NCBI GenBank assembly: GCA_039714075.1
Contig: JBDLKA010000002.1
Span: forward strand, 1 to 64,000
Length of the DNA stretch: 64,000 bases
Direction: 5' to 3'
Source of the DNA: Candidatus Krumholzibacteriota bacterium
GTDB lineage: Bacteria; Krumholzibacteriota; Krumholzibacteriia; LZORAL124-64-63
The first letter of the stretch is position 1. The number at the start of each line of letters is the position of its first letter. The position numbers were made by a program, and so were the translations under genes. Below, one piece after another: positions 29,727 through 38,448 of the stretch. The notes beneath the pieces were generated by a model. The model saw nothing but the letters and a program-made list of their open reading frames with translations. It ran no database searches and was not told the origin of the DNA.

Positions 29727-29802
29727 GCCTGGGTAGCTCAGTTGGTAGAGCACATGACTGAAAATCATGGTGTCGGTGGTTCGATTCCGCCCCCAGGCAC
29801 CA
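29727..29802 (+). tRNA. tRNA-Phe(GAA)
   Basis: Acceptor GCCTGGG/CCCAGGC, anticodon arm CATGA-CTGAAAA-TCATG, TTCGATT, CCA; TTGACA at 29666. Confidence 0.96.
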
Positions 29803-29836
29803 CTGTTGAACGAATTCCTGAACGGATTCTCTCGGA

Positions 29837-29912
29837 GCTGGTGTAGCTCAGCTGGTAGAGCAGCTCACTCGTAATGAGCAGGTCTGCGGTTCGAGTCCGC
29901 ACACCAGCTCCA
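29837..29912 (+). tRNA. tRNA-Thr(CGT)
   Basis: Acceptor GCTGGTG/CACCAGC, anticodon arm GCTCA-CTCGTAA-TGAGC, TTCGAGT, CCA. Confidence 0.96.
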
Positions 29913-30053
29913 TTCAATATTCAGGCTGATTGGTTGGGGATACCTGCGGTGGCGCGGGTTTTTTTGTGCTTTATTGTGGGCCCGCCGGGAGCTAGGATGG
30001 CGGCAGGGGTTGCCAACCGGAATGGCCGGTTCACCGTCGGAAAGGATTCCTCC

Positions 30054-31388
30054 ATGCCCTTGCGAGTCAGTATTTCCGGGATCCGCGGAGTGATAGGGGA
30101 CGGCCTGGACGCCGTCACGGTCGCCCGCTGGACTTCCGCCCTCGGCGCCTGGCTGCCGCCCGGTCCGGTGGTGGTCGGACGGGACACGCGGATCAGCGGT
30201 CCCATGGTGCTGGATGCCGTATCGGCCGCCCTGGTTTCCACCGGCCACGACGTCTGGGACATCGGTCTGGCCACGACGCCCACGACCGAAATCGCCGTCC
30301 AGGAATCCGCTGCCGTCGGCGGGGTCATCATCACCGCCAGCCACAATCCCCAGCAGTGGAACGCCTTGAAATTCCTGTCCGGGGACGGTCTGTTCCTGAC
30401 CGCGGCCGAGAATCGCGAGGTGCGGCAGCGGTACGAGGATGGATCGGGTCACGTGGCCTTCGACCAGCTGGGAACCGTCAGTCGGCGTTCCGGGGCGGAT
30501 CAACAGCACATAGACGCCATCTGCGGTGTGCCCTGGCTTGATGTGGACCGGATCCGCGGGCGCAACCTGCACGCGGTGGTGGACGCGGTCGAGGGCGCCG
30601 GCGGAAACATCGTGCCCGCGCTGCTGGAGACCCTGGGCGTCCGCTGCACCCCGCTGTTCTGCGAAATGTCCGGCCGGTTTCCCCACGATCCCGAACCCAC
30701 ACCGTCCCACCTGGGGGATCTGTGTGCCGAGGTACGATCCCAGGAGGCGGATCTCGGGTTCGCCGTCGATCCGGATGTCGACCGCCTGGCCCTGGTCGAC
30801 GGCAACGGCCGGGCCCTGAGCGAGGAAATGACCCTGGCGATCGCCGCCGATTTCCTGCTGGGCAAGACGCCCGGCCCCATGGCCGTCAACCTGTCCACGA
30901 CCGGCCTTATCGAAAAGGTCGCCGCCGGCCACGGCCAAACCGTGCACCGGACCCCGGTGGGCGAGGCCAACGTGGTCGAGGCCATTCTCGCCCACGACTG
31001 CATTCTCGGGGGGGAAGGGAACGGGGGAGTCATCTACCCGACCATCCACGCCGGCCGCGACGCCCTGGTGGGTATCGCCATGGTGCTGCAGGCGGTGGCC
31101 GAAAGCGGCCGCACCCTGGCCGATATGGCCGATGCCCTGCCGCCTGTTTTCATGGTCAAGACCAAGGTCGCCAGTGACGAATTGCCCGCCGGCGACGACC
31201 TCGCCAAGCTGCTGTCCGGTCTGGGTGAAGGGAGCATCGACGACCGTGACGGCCTGAAATGGACCGGCGCGGATGCCTGGGTGCACGTGCGCCCCTCGAA
31301 CACCGAGCCGGTGGTGCGGATCATCGCGGAAGCTAAAGACGAGGCCGCCGCCGTCGAACTCATCAACAGGGTCAAGGAGGGTTCCTGA
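30054..31388 (+). CDS. glmM: Phosphoglucosamine mutase
   Basis: SISGIRG, GRDTR, TASHNP, DPDVDR, GGEGNGG, RPSNTEP; adjacent to glmS. Confidence 0.85.
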   Translation: MPLRVSISGIRGVIGDGLDAVTVARWTSALGAWLPPGPVVVGRDTRISGPMVLDAVSAALVSTGHDVWDIGLATTPTTEIAVQESAAVGGVIITASHNPQQWNALKFLSGDGLFLTAAENREVRQRYEDGSGHVAFDQLGTVSRRSGADQQHIDAICGVPWLDVDRIRGRNLHAVVDAVEGAGGNIVPALLETLGVRCTPLFCEMSGRFPHDPEPTPSHLGDLCAEVRSQEADLGFAVDPDVDRLALVDGNGRALSEEMTLAIAADFLLGKTPGPMAVNLSTTGLIEKVAAGHGQTVHRTPVGEANVVEAILAHDCILGGEGNGGVIYPTIHAGRDALVGIAMVLQAVAESGRTLADMADALPPVFMVKTKVASDELPAGDDLAKLLSGLGEGSIDDRDGLKWTGADAWVHVRPSNTEPVVRIIAEAKDEAAAVELINRVKEGS

Positions 31389-31511
31389 CCCGGGTCAATA
31401 TCCGACGGTGACTTTTTCCCCGTTCGGGTTTATCATGGGTCGGAAATTTTGATTAATAGCGCGATACCATAAAGGCGCCTGGATTACACTTGAATTACGG
31501 AGGATTTGCCG

Positions 31512-33332
31512 ATGTGCGGAATAGTTGGAGTGGTGGGCAGCCCGGACGCCGCGTCGATCCTGCTTGAAGGTCTCAAAAGACTGGAATACAGGGGATACGA
31601 CAGCGCGGGCCTCGTCATCATGACTCCCGACCGTCAGCATGTGGTCAAGGAGAAGGGCAAGATAGTCAACCTCGAGGGCGCCCTCAAATGGGATGAACTC
31701 AAGGGATCCTGCGGGATCGCCCACACCCGTTGGGCGACGCACGGGGCGCCCAACCAGGTCAACGCCCATCCCCATGTCTCGGGCAAGGTGGCCCTGGTCC
31801 ACAACGGCATCATCGAAAACCACGGCGCCCTGAAGGTGCAGCTGACCAGCAAGGGCCACGAATTCGAATCCCAGACCGATACCGAGGTCCTGGTCCACCT
31901 GATCGAGGATTTCTACGACGGCGACCTGGTCAAGGCCGTGCAACTGGCCCTGGGTGTCGTCGAAGGCGCCTACGGCATCGCGGTGACCCACCTGGACGAA
32001 CCGGACCTGATCATCGGCGCGCGCAAGGGCAGCCCTCTGGTCGTGGGCGTCGGCGAGGGCGTGAACTACCTGGCCAGCGACGTGGCCGCGGTCATGGGCC
32101 ACACCCGCCAGGTCATCTACCTGGACGACGGCGAGATGGTGACCCTGCGTCCCGAGGGCGTGGTGACGACGACCATCGACAACGAGGAGATCACCAAGGA
32201 GATCCAGGAGATCACCTGGGACCTGGGCCAGATCCAGAAGGGCGGCTACGAGCACTTCATGCTCAAGGAGATCTTCGAGCAGCCGCAGACCATTCGCGAT
32301 TCCTTCCGCGGCCGGATCCTGCCTGAAGGCGGCGACGTGAAGCTGGGGGGCATCGAACTGACCGACTGGGAGCTGCGCAACATCCGCCGGATCATCATCC
32401 TGGCCTGCGGGACCTCGTGGCACGCGGGTCTGGTGGGCGAGTATCTGCTGGAGGAATACGCGCACATTCCGGTGGAAGTCGAGTACGCCTCGGAGTTCCG
32501 CTACCGTTCGCCGATCATCGAGCCGGGCACCCTGTGCCTGGTGATCAGCCAGAGCGGCGAGACCATCGATACGCTGGAAGCCATGCGCGAGGCCAAGCGC
32601 AAGGGCGCCAAAGTGCTGGGCATCACCAACGTGGTGGGCTCGACCATCGCGCGCGAGAGCGAGTGCGGGGTCTACATTCACGCCGGGCCCGAGATCGGGG
32701 TCGCTTCGACCAAGGCCTTCACCAGCCAGGTGACGATCCTGGCGCTGATGGCCATCCTGTTCGGCCGGCGCACCCACCTGAGCGCCGACCGCGGCAAGCA
32801 GATGCTGGACGAGCTGGTCAGGCTGCCCGACCTGGTGCAGAAGGTGCTGGACCAGTCCGACGCCATCAAGGAAATCGCCGAGGTTTACGCGGGCCACAAG
32901 AACTGCCTGTACCTGGGGCGCGGGGTGAACTTCCCGATCGCCCTGGAGGGCGCGCTGAAGCTGAAGGAGATCAGCTACATCCACGCCGAGGGTTATCCCG
33001 CCGCGGAGATGAAGCACGGTCCCATCGCGTTGATCGATCCGGAAATGCCGGTGGTCGTGATCGCGACCAAGGACGGCAGCTACGACAAGATCGTCGGCAA
33101 CGTGCAGGAGGTGCGGGCGCGTGACGGGAAGATCATTTCCATCGTCACCGAGGGTGACACGGAGATCGCCGACCTGAGCGATCACGTGATCACCATTCCC
33201 GAGACGATGAACTTTTGGACGCCTTTGCTGTCGGTGATTCCGCTTCAGCTGCTGGCGTACCATATCGCCGTTATCAGGGGCGAGGACGTGGACCAGCCGC
33301 GCAACCTCGCAAAGGCGGTCACGGTCGAATAG
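31512..33332 (+). CDS. glmS: Glutamine--fructose-6-phosphate transaminase
   Basis: MCGIVG, LEYRGYDSAG, HTRWATHG, SQSGET, LKLKE, VDQPRNLAKAVTVE. Confidence 0.98.
   Translation: MCGIVGVVGSPDAASILLEGLKRLEYRGYDSAGLVIMTPDRQHVVKEKGKIVNLEGALKWDELKGSCGIAHTRWATHGAPNQVNAHPHVSGKVALVHNGIIENHGALKVQLTSKGHEFESQTDTEVLVHLIEDFYDGDLVKAVQLALGVVEGAYGIAVTHLDEPDLIIGARKGSPLVVGVGEGVNYLASDVAAVMGHTRQVIYLDDGEMVTLRPEGVVTTTIDNEEITKEIQEITWDLGQIQKGGYEHFMLKEIFEQPQTIRDSFRGRILPEGGDVKLGGIELTDWELRNIRRIIILACGTSWHAGLVGEYLLEEYAHIPVEVEYASEFRYRSPIIEPGTLCLVISQSGETIDTLEAMREAKRKGAKVLGITNVVGSTIARESECGVYIHAGPEIGVASTKAFTSQVTILALMAILFGRRTHLSADRGKQMLDELVRLPDLVQKVLDQSDAIKEIAEVYAGHKNCLYLGRGVNFPIALEGALKLKEISYIHAEGYPAAEMKHGPIALIDPEMPVVVIATKDGSYDKIVGNVQEVRARDGKIISIVTEGDTEIADLSDHVITIPETMNFWTPLLSVIPLQLLAYHIAVIRGEDVDQPRNLAKAVTVE
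33056..33332 (+). repeat. glmS 3' end, copy 1 of a 277-bp direct repeat (copy 2 at 35715..35991)
   Basis: First 54 bp identical to 35715-35768; ~30 substitutions in the rest, only 2 non-synonymous. Confidence 0.95.
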
Positions 33333-33552
33333 GCCGGGTTACCCCCCGTTCGGGGATGGAGGGCGGCGGCTTCTTGTCGCCGCCCTCCTCGCGTTACGGG
33401 ACCTTCCACGAACCCACTTCCCGGGGCATCCCACGACGCCCGTGGTGGGAAATGACCCGGACTACCATGCGATATGTTTACAGGAGTTATTTTGTCTGAT
33501 ATGATGAGGTCCAACAGATATGATGAGGTCCATACAGAATGTAGGTGCCAAT

Positions 33553-35553
33553 ATGATGAATTTTCTAAAAACCGTCCCGATTGCCATCCTCGCTGGATCC
33601 ATTGCTCTGCTGTTCCTTGTGCCTGTCTCATCCCTTGCGGGCGGAACGGTGGAGGTATGGGGCTATCAGGTGATTCTCCCTCTCGACGAGATGACCGATA
33701 TCGTGAAGATCGCCAACGGGGTGGGCTACGATCTGGCCCTGAGGTCCGACGGGACCCTGGTGGCCTGGGGGAACAACGATTCCGGCCAGTGTGACGTTCC
33801 GGTGGCCGCCGAACCCTTTGTCGACATCGCCGCGGGAAACGGTCACGGCCTGGCCCTCACCGAATCCGGAATCGTCTACGAATGGGGCGCCCCCTGGGGA
33901 ACCCCGCTCGACGACCCCACCGGCTTCACTGCCATCGCGACCTTAGGCGACCACAGCCTGGGCCTGAAGGAGGACGGCTCCATCGTCGCCTGGGGTTTCG
34001 CCTGGTTCGGTGCTGAGATTGTCCCCGAACCCAACGAGGACTGGGTGGCCATCGCAGCTTCGTTCGATCAGAGCTTCGGTGTGAAGTCCGATGGCTCCGT
34101 CTTCCTGTGGGGAAACGTGACCATGGAATGGCCCACACCCATCACGGACGTCAAGTCCATCAAACTCAATTTCACCAATGCCCTTGTTCTGCGGAATGAC
34201 GGCAGCATCGTTCCCGTCGGATCCTTTCCGTATGAAGAGGACCTTATTCCGGAGCCGAACATCGGCTTCCGGGACGTGGACCTTGGTCTGGCTCACGCCC
34301 GGGGCATCCGGGCTGACGGAACCATGATCAGTTGGGGCAGCGGGACCTTCTGGGCGACCGACCCGCCGGCTCCCAACAGTGGGTTTTTAAGTGTTGCGGC
34401 CATCGACACCCATTACGTCGCTCTTCGGGAAGACGGAACGGTTTCCGTCTGGGGCAGGAACAGCGATGGGCAGAGTGGCCCCCAACCGCCGGTCCCCGAT
34501 CCGGTGGAGGTTTCCTGCAACGATTTCCACGGAGTGGTCCTTGATCGCAGCGGCACGATCTCTACCTGGGGCGAATTGCCCCCGGCCCCCGAGCCCAATG
34601 AGGATTTCATCAAGATCGCCACCTCCCATAACGGGGCGGCCGGTTTGAAAAGCACCGGGGAGATCGTCATCTGGAAGCGTCCCTTCGGCTATTCGGTTAC
34701 TCCCCTCAATAGCGGGGATTACGTGGATGTCGCCGCGGGTTACGAACATTACCTCGGCCTGCGCTCCAACGGCTCGATCGACGTCACCGGCTATGACAGG
34801 CGACCCGTGCCCGAACCCAATACGGGTTTCACCGCCATCGCGGCGGGAAATGACGTCAGCATGGGGTTGAAGGAGGATGGGTCCATCGTGGTCTGGGGGG
34901 GGGGCAATCCTGTGGCCTCCGTGAACCCGCCCGAGCCCAACCCGGGCTACGTGGACATGGCGGCTGGGTGGGGATGGGCCGTAGTCCTCAAGGATGACGG
35001 GACCATCGTGGCCTGGGGAGGCTGGACGACCCCCACCGAGGGAAACCACGACTTGGTGTCCATCGACGCCAGCACTTTCTTCTTGGTGGGCCTTCATTCC
35101 GACGGGTCGGTCGAGATATGGGATATCTATGGTACTGCACCTCCTTCCTTTCTGGACGTGCCCCAGCCCAACGCGGGCTTCATCAGGGTGGAAATCGGCC
35201 AGGGCGGGATCGCCGCCATCAGGGACCCGGCGGCCAGTCCGGTCGATCAGGACCTTCCCGGCCCCGTCCACACGGCCCTGGATCTGGCCGTCAGTCCGAA
35301 CCCCTTCAACCCCCGGTTGGCGGTGATGGTCACCAGCGCCGTTTCCGCCGGGGTCACCCTCGAGGTCCTGGATGTCCGGGGACGCAGGGTCAAGGTCATC
35401 TGGCGGGGTGAACTCCCGGCCGGAGGAAGCCATTCCGCAGTTTGGGACGGGCGCGACGGAGCCGGTCGGTCCATGCCCTCGGGAACCTATTTCGTGCAGG
35501 CGAGAAATTTCGGAACGCGCGGGGCGGTGCAGAAGATATCCCTGATCCGGTGA
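33553..35553 (+). CDS. Secreted RCC1/BLIP-II-like beta-propeller repeat protein with C-terminal FlgD/T9SS-CTD domain
   Basis: Signal peptide; many PEPN..F..IAAG..H.LGL..DGSIV.WG repeats; tail PNPFNP..EVLDVRGRRV..WDGRDGAG..MPSGTYFV..KISLIR. Confidence 0.88.
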   Translation: MMNFLKTVPIAILAGSIALLFLVPVSSLAGGTVEVWGYQVILPLDEMTDIVKIANGVGYDLALRSDGTLVAWGNNDSGQCDVPVAAEPFVDIAAGNGHGLALTESGIVYEWGAPWGTPLDDPTGFTAIATLGDHSLGLKEDGSIVAWGFAWFGAEIVPEPNEDWVAIAASFDQSFGVKSDGSVFLWGNVTMEWPTPITDVKSIKLNFTNALVLRNDGSIVPVGSFPYEEDLIPEPNIGFRDVDLGLAHARGIRADGTMISWGSGTFWATDPPAPNSGFLSVAAIDTHYVALREDGTVSVWGRNSDGQSGPQPPVPDPVEVSCNDFHGVVLDRSGTISTWGELPPAPEPNEDFIKIATSHNGAAGLKSTGEIVIWKRPFGYSVTPLNSGDYVDVAAGYEHYLGLRSNGSIDVTGYDRRPVPEPNTGFTAIAAGNDVSMGLKEDGSIVVWGGGNPVASVNPPEPNPGYVDMAAGWGWAVVLKDDGTIVAWGGWTTPTEGNHDLVSIDASTFFLVGLHSDGSVEIWDIYGTAPPSFLDVPQPNAGFIRVEIGQGGIAAIRDPAASPVDQDLPGPVHTALDLAVSPNPFNPRLAVMVTSAVSAGVTLEVLDVRGRRVKVIWRGELPAGGSHSAVWDGRDGAGRSMPSGTYFVQARNFGTRGAVQKISLIR

Positions 35554-35619
35554 GGGGTGATCCCACGTGACCACTTTGGGTTGGCGCGCCTGGCGTCCTA
35601 CCCGTGCTGGATTCCCGTG

Positions 35620-35991
35620 GCCGCCGGTCGCTTCGACCTGGTGGCGGCCCTCGGCGGCGACGGGACGGTGCACGAGGTGGCCCTCGGGCTGGCGGGGACA
35701 TCCTGTCCCATGGCCGTGATCGCGACCAAGGACGGCAGCTACGACAAGATCGTCGGCAACGTGCAGGAAGTGCGGACGCGCGATGGCAAGATCATCTCGG
35801 TCGTCACCGAGGGCGACACCGAGATCGCCGACCTGAGCGATCACGTGATCACTATTCCCGAGACGATGAACTTCTGGACGCCGCTGCTTTCCGTGATTCC
35901 GCTGCAGCTGTTGGCGTATCATATCGCGGTTATCCGCGGGGAAGACGTGGACCAGCCGCGCAATCTGGCCAAGGCGGTCACGGTGGAATGA
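35620..35991 (+). pseudogene. Chimeric remnant: DAG-kinase fragment fused in frame to the duplicated glmS C-terminus
   Basis: 35620-35718 encodes AAGRFDLVAALGGDGTVHEVALGLAGTSCPMAV, homologous to 36967-37065; 35715-35991 repeats the last ~91 glmS codons. Confidence 0.85.
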
Positions 35992-36124
35992 TCGTCGTTT
36001 GATTCGAACTGCGGGACAAGAGGCCGTGACATCGTGTCACGGCCTCTTTCGGGTTACGGCGCCCTCCGCCATCCATGGCTCCGGGGACCTCCACACGCCC
36101 GCAGTTCGAACCAAACGACGATCA
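35989..36124. mobile_element. MITE-like element with 27-bp inverted repeats and an internal hairpin
   Basis: TGATCGTCGTTTGATTCGAACTGCGGG (35989-36015) vs CCCGCAGTTCGAACCAAACGACGATCA (36098-36124), 1 mismatch; internal AAGAGGCCGTGACA-TCG-TGTCACGGCCTCTT. Confidence 0.6.
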
Positions 36125-36236
36125 CTCCGCTGCGGCACCCCTGGTCAAAATCGGTTGGTAACGATCGTCCCCCTGATATATGCTACGTACGCACTTAAAT
36201 GGACTTGGGACAATCCTTACGAAAATGGGAGAAGGC

Positions 36237-36617
36237 ATGACACGGAAGATCATCAAGACAAAGAACGCGCCCGCGGCCATCGGGCCCTACAGCCAGGCCA
36301 ACGCCGCCGGCGGATTTTTGTTCACGGCCGGGCAGATCCCGCTGGATCCGGCCACCATGGAAATCGTGGGTGAGACGGCGGCCGAGCAGGCCCGGCTGGC
36401 CCTGACCAACGCGAAGAATGTTGTGGAGGCCGGGGGACTGACCCTGGACAACGTGCTCAAGGTCACCGTCTTCATCCGGGACATGGGAGAGTTCGCCGCG
36501 ATCAACGAGGTCTACCAGACGTTTTTCACGGGGGAACCTCCCGCGCGCTCGGTGGTTGAAGTGTCCGGGCTGCCCAAAGATGTGCTGGTTGAAGTGGAAA
36601 TGATTGCTTATGGTTGA
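36237..36617 (+). CDS. ridA: RidA/YjgF family enamine deaminase
   Basis: APAAIGPYSQA, AGQIPLDP, KVTVF, NEVY, PARS.VEV..LP. Confidence 0.93.
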   Translation: MTRKIIKTKNAPAAIGPYSQANAAGGFLFTAGQIPLDPATMEIVGETAAEQARLALTNAKNVVEAGGLTLDNVLKVTVFIRDMGEFAAINEVYQTFFTGEPPARSVVEVSGLPKDVLVEVEMIAYG

Positions 36618-36674
36618 TTCATGGCGGTCGCGCCGCTCTTGTGTGAGGCGGCTGCCCTGAATATCGAGACAGGC

Positions 36675-36772
36675 GGGAATGAGTGTGGTCTGGTGACTGC
36701 CGGGGACTTCAAATCCTTCTGTCGGGCGCGTTTACCGTCCGAGGTGGGTTCGATTCCCACACATTCCCGCCA
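36675..36772 (+). tRNA. selC: tRNA-Sec(TCA)
   Basis: 98 nt; 6-bp D-stem with TGGT loop (GTGGTC/GACTGC), anticodon loop CTTCAAA, long variable arm, GTGGG-TTCGATT-CCCAC, extended acceptor, GCCA end. Confidence 0.92.
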
Positions 36773-36810
36773 CTTTTTTTGTTTCCCGTTTCCTGAACCC
36801 GGAGTTTGAC

Positions 36811-37710
36811 GTGAGCCGCCTGCTCGTGATCGCCAACCCGTATTCGGGCAACGCCCGCAAGCGGACCGATCCCGGTGCGGTGGCCGGTCGTCTGCGGGAG
36901 ATGGGGCACGAGGTCGAGACCCATCTGACCACGGGTCCCGGTGACGCCACGGTCCAGGCGGGACGGGCCGCGGGTAATTTCGACCTGGTGGTGGCCCTCG
37001 GCGGCGACGGCACCGTTCACGAAACGGCCACCGGACTGGCGGGCACCGGCTGCACGATGGCGGTGCTGCCGTCGGGCAGCGGCAACGATTTCGCCACCGG
37101 GATCGGCTGTGCGACGGTGGAAGCGGGGCTGGCGGCCATCGGTTCGGGTCATGATCTGGCTGTTGATGTCTGCGCCCTGGACGGAGAAAAGTTTGTCAAC
37201 ACCCTGGGGCTTTTTGCCAGCGGCCTGGTGTCCGGCGGGGCGTCCCATTTGTGGCGCTGGCTGGGCGGCGCCAGGTACACGCTGGCCGCCGTGGCGACTC
37301 TTTTGAAATACCGGGGACAGGATGTGGCCTGGGAAGTCGGCGGGGTCGAGGGCGGTGCGGAAGAGTTTTTCGGGCGGTTCTTTTTCGCCGAGATCTGCAA
37401 CGGACCCTTGACCGGTGGCGGCTTTCGTTTCGCACCCGACGCACGTTTCGACGACGGGCTGCTGGACGCTTGTCTGATCCGCCCGGTGGGCCCGGTGGCC
37501 GGTCTGAAACTGCTGCCGGCCGCCTCAAGGGGAGATCGCGTCGAGCACGAGGCCATCAGCGTGGTCCGCTGCCGGAGCCTGGCTTTCACCAGTGACGAGC
37601 CGGTGGCGGTCCATCTGGACGGCGAGCCCAAGGTTGTCGCCGCCGGCCGCCATGTGGTCGAAGTCCTGGATGAAAAACTGATCGTACGCATGGGGAAGGG
37701 ACCGCGATGA
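36811..37710 (+). CDS. Diacylglycerol/lipid kinase family (YegS/BmrU-like)
   Basis: IANPYSG, ALGGDGTVHE, LPSGSGNDFA, GGGF..AP.A..DDGLLD, HLDGE. Confidence 0.92.
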   Translation: MSRLLVIANPYSGNARKRTDPGAVAGRLREMGHEVETHLTTGPGDATVQAGRAAGNFDLVVALGGDGTVHETATGLAGTGCTMAVLPSGSGNDFATGIGCATVEAGLAAIGSGHDLAVDVCALDGEKFVNTLGLFASGLVSGGASHLWRWLGGARYTLAAVATLLKYRGQDVAWEVGGVEGGAEEFFGRFFFAEICNGPLTGGGFRFAPDARFDDGLLDACLIRPVGPVAGLKLLPAASRGDRVEHEAISVVRCRSLAFTSDEPVAVHLDGEPKVVAAGRHVVEVLDEKLIVRMGKGPR

Positions 37711-38375
37711 TTCTGCGCCCTACAGCAACAATCCGCTTCCTGCCCGCCCAATGCGGTTGGGTGGTCCCGGTTTTGTTCCTGTTGGCGACCGTCTGTGCCG
37801 CCGGAGCGCAGGAAGTGGAGCTTCCGGCAGTGGATCTTCCCGATACCACGGCTATCGAGGATCTGCAGTCCGAGATGCCCCAACCCTCCGCCGGCGCGCT
37901 GGATGTCGAAGAAGTCGATCTGTGGTCCACCGGCGTCAGCCCCACCGGCGCGGTGCTGGCCACACCGCTTTTCCCGGGTTGGGGCCAGCTCTATTCAGAC
38001 AACTCCTGGAAAGCGGCTTTGGCCTACGGCGCCGAGATGTACTTCTGGACCAACATCCTGAGCCGGGACCGCCAGGCCGTGCGGGCCCGGGACCTGGCCA
38101 ACACCTTTCCCGTGGATGATCCCAATTACACCCGCTACAACGCCATCGCCGAAGAGAGCTGGGAACAGATGCGCGACTTCGCCTGGTGGTCCGGCGGAGT
38201 CCTGTTGATCATCGCGCTGGATGCCTACGTGGGCGCCCATCTGTTCAATTTCGATCGTGACCCCGTGCCGGTCCCCAACCGCTGGGAGGACACCTTCGGT
38301 CCGGTGGGCGAAAGCGTGGGAATCAGCGATCCCGGACCGACGCTGGTGGTTTTCCAGTGGCGAAAGAAGTTCTGA
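37707..38375 (+). CDS. DUF5683-like exported/membrane protein
   Basis: Signal peptide; FPGWGQLY...WKA and LDAYVGAHL motifs. Confidence 0.7.
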   Translation: MILRPTATIRFLPAQCGWVVPVLFLLATVCAAGAQEVELPAVDLPDTTAIEDLQSEMPQPSAGALDVEEVDLWSTGVSPTGAVLATPLFPGWGQLYSDNSWKAALAYGAEMYFWTNILSRDRQAVRARDLANTFPVDDPNYTRYNAIAEESWEQMRDFAWWSGGVLLIIALDAYVGAHLFNFDRDPVPVPNRWEDTFGPVGESVGISDPGPTLVVFQWRKKF

Positions 38376-38448
38376 GCCCTATCTTTGAGGGCTGTTCTCA
38401 GAATTGGCACGAATCCCTGTCCCATGACCGGAGCGGATACGAAGCAGC

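Noticed and set aside
31440..31511. glmS ribozyme (AGCGC / GGCGCCTGGA motifs upstream of glmS)
   Set aside because: No GACGAGG core or P3/P4 elements, and too little room before the RBS.
33333..33552. Tn7-like insertion at attTn7 downstream of glmS
   Set aside because: No tns genes, no TGT...ACA ends and no 5-bp target duplication; the 277-bp repeat fits homologous integration instead.
35557..35991. Functional 144-aa DAGK-GlmS fusion protein
   Set aside because: It joins a 33-aa kinase fragment to a partial SIS domain; best read as a recombination junction.
38405..38420. Sigma-54 promoter upstream of lepA (TGGCACGAATCCCTGT)
   Set aside because: The -24 box is good, but the invariant GC at -12 is missing at GG-N10.
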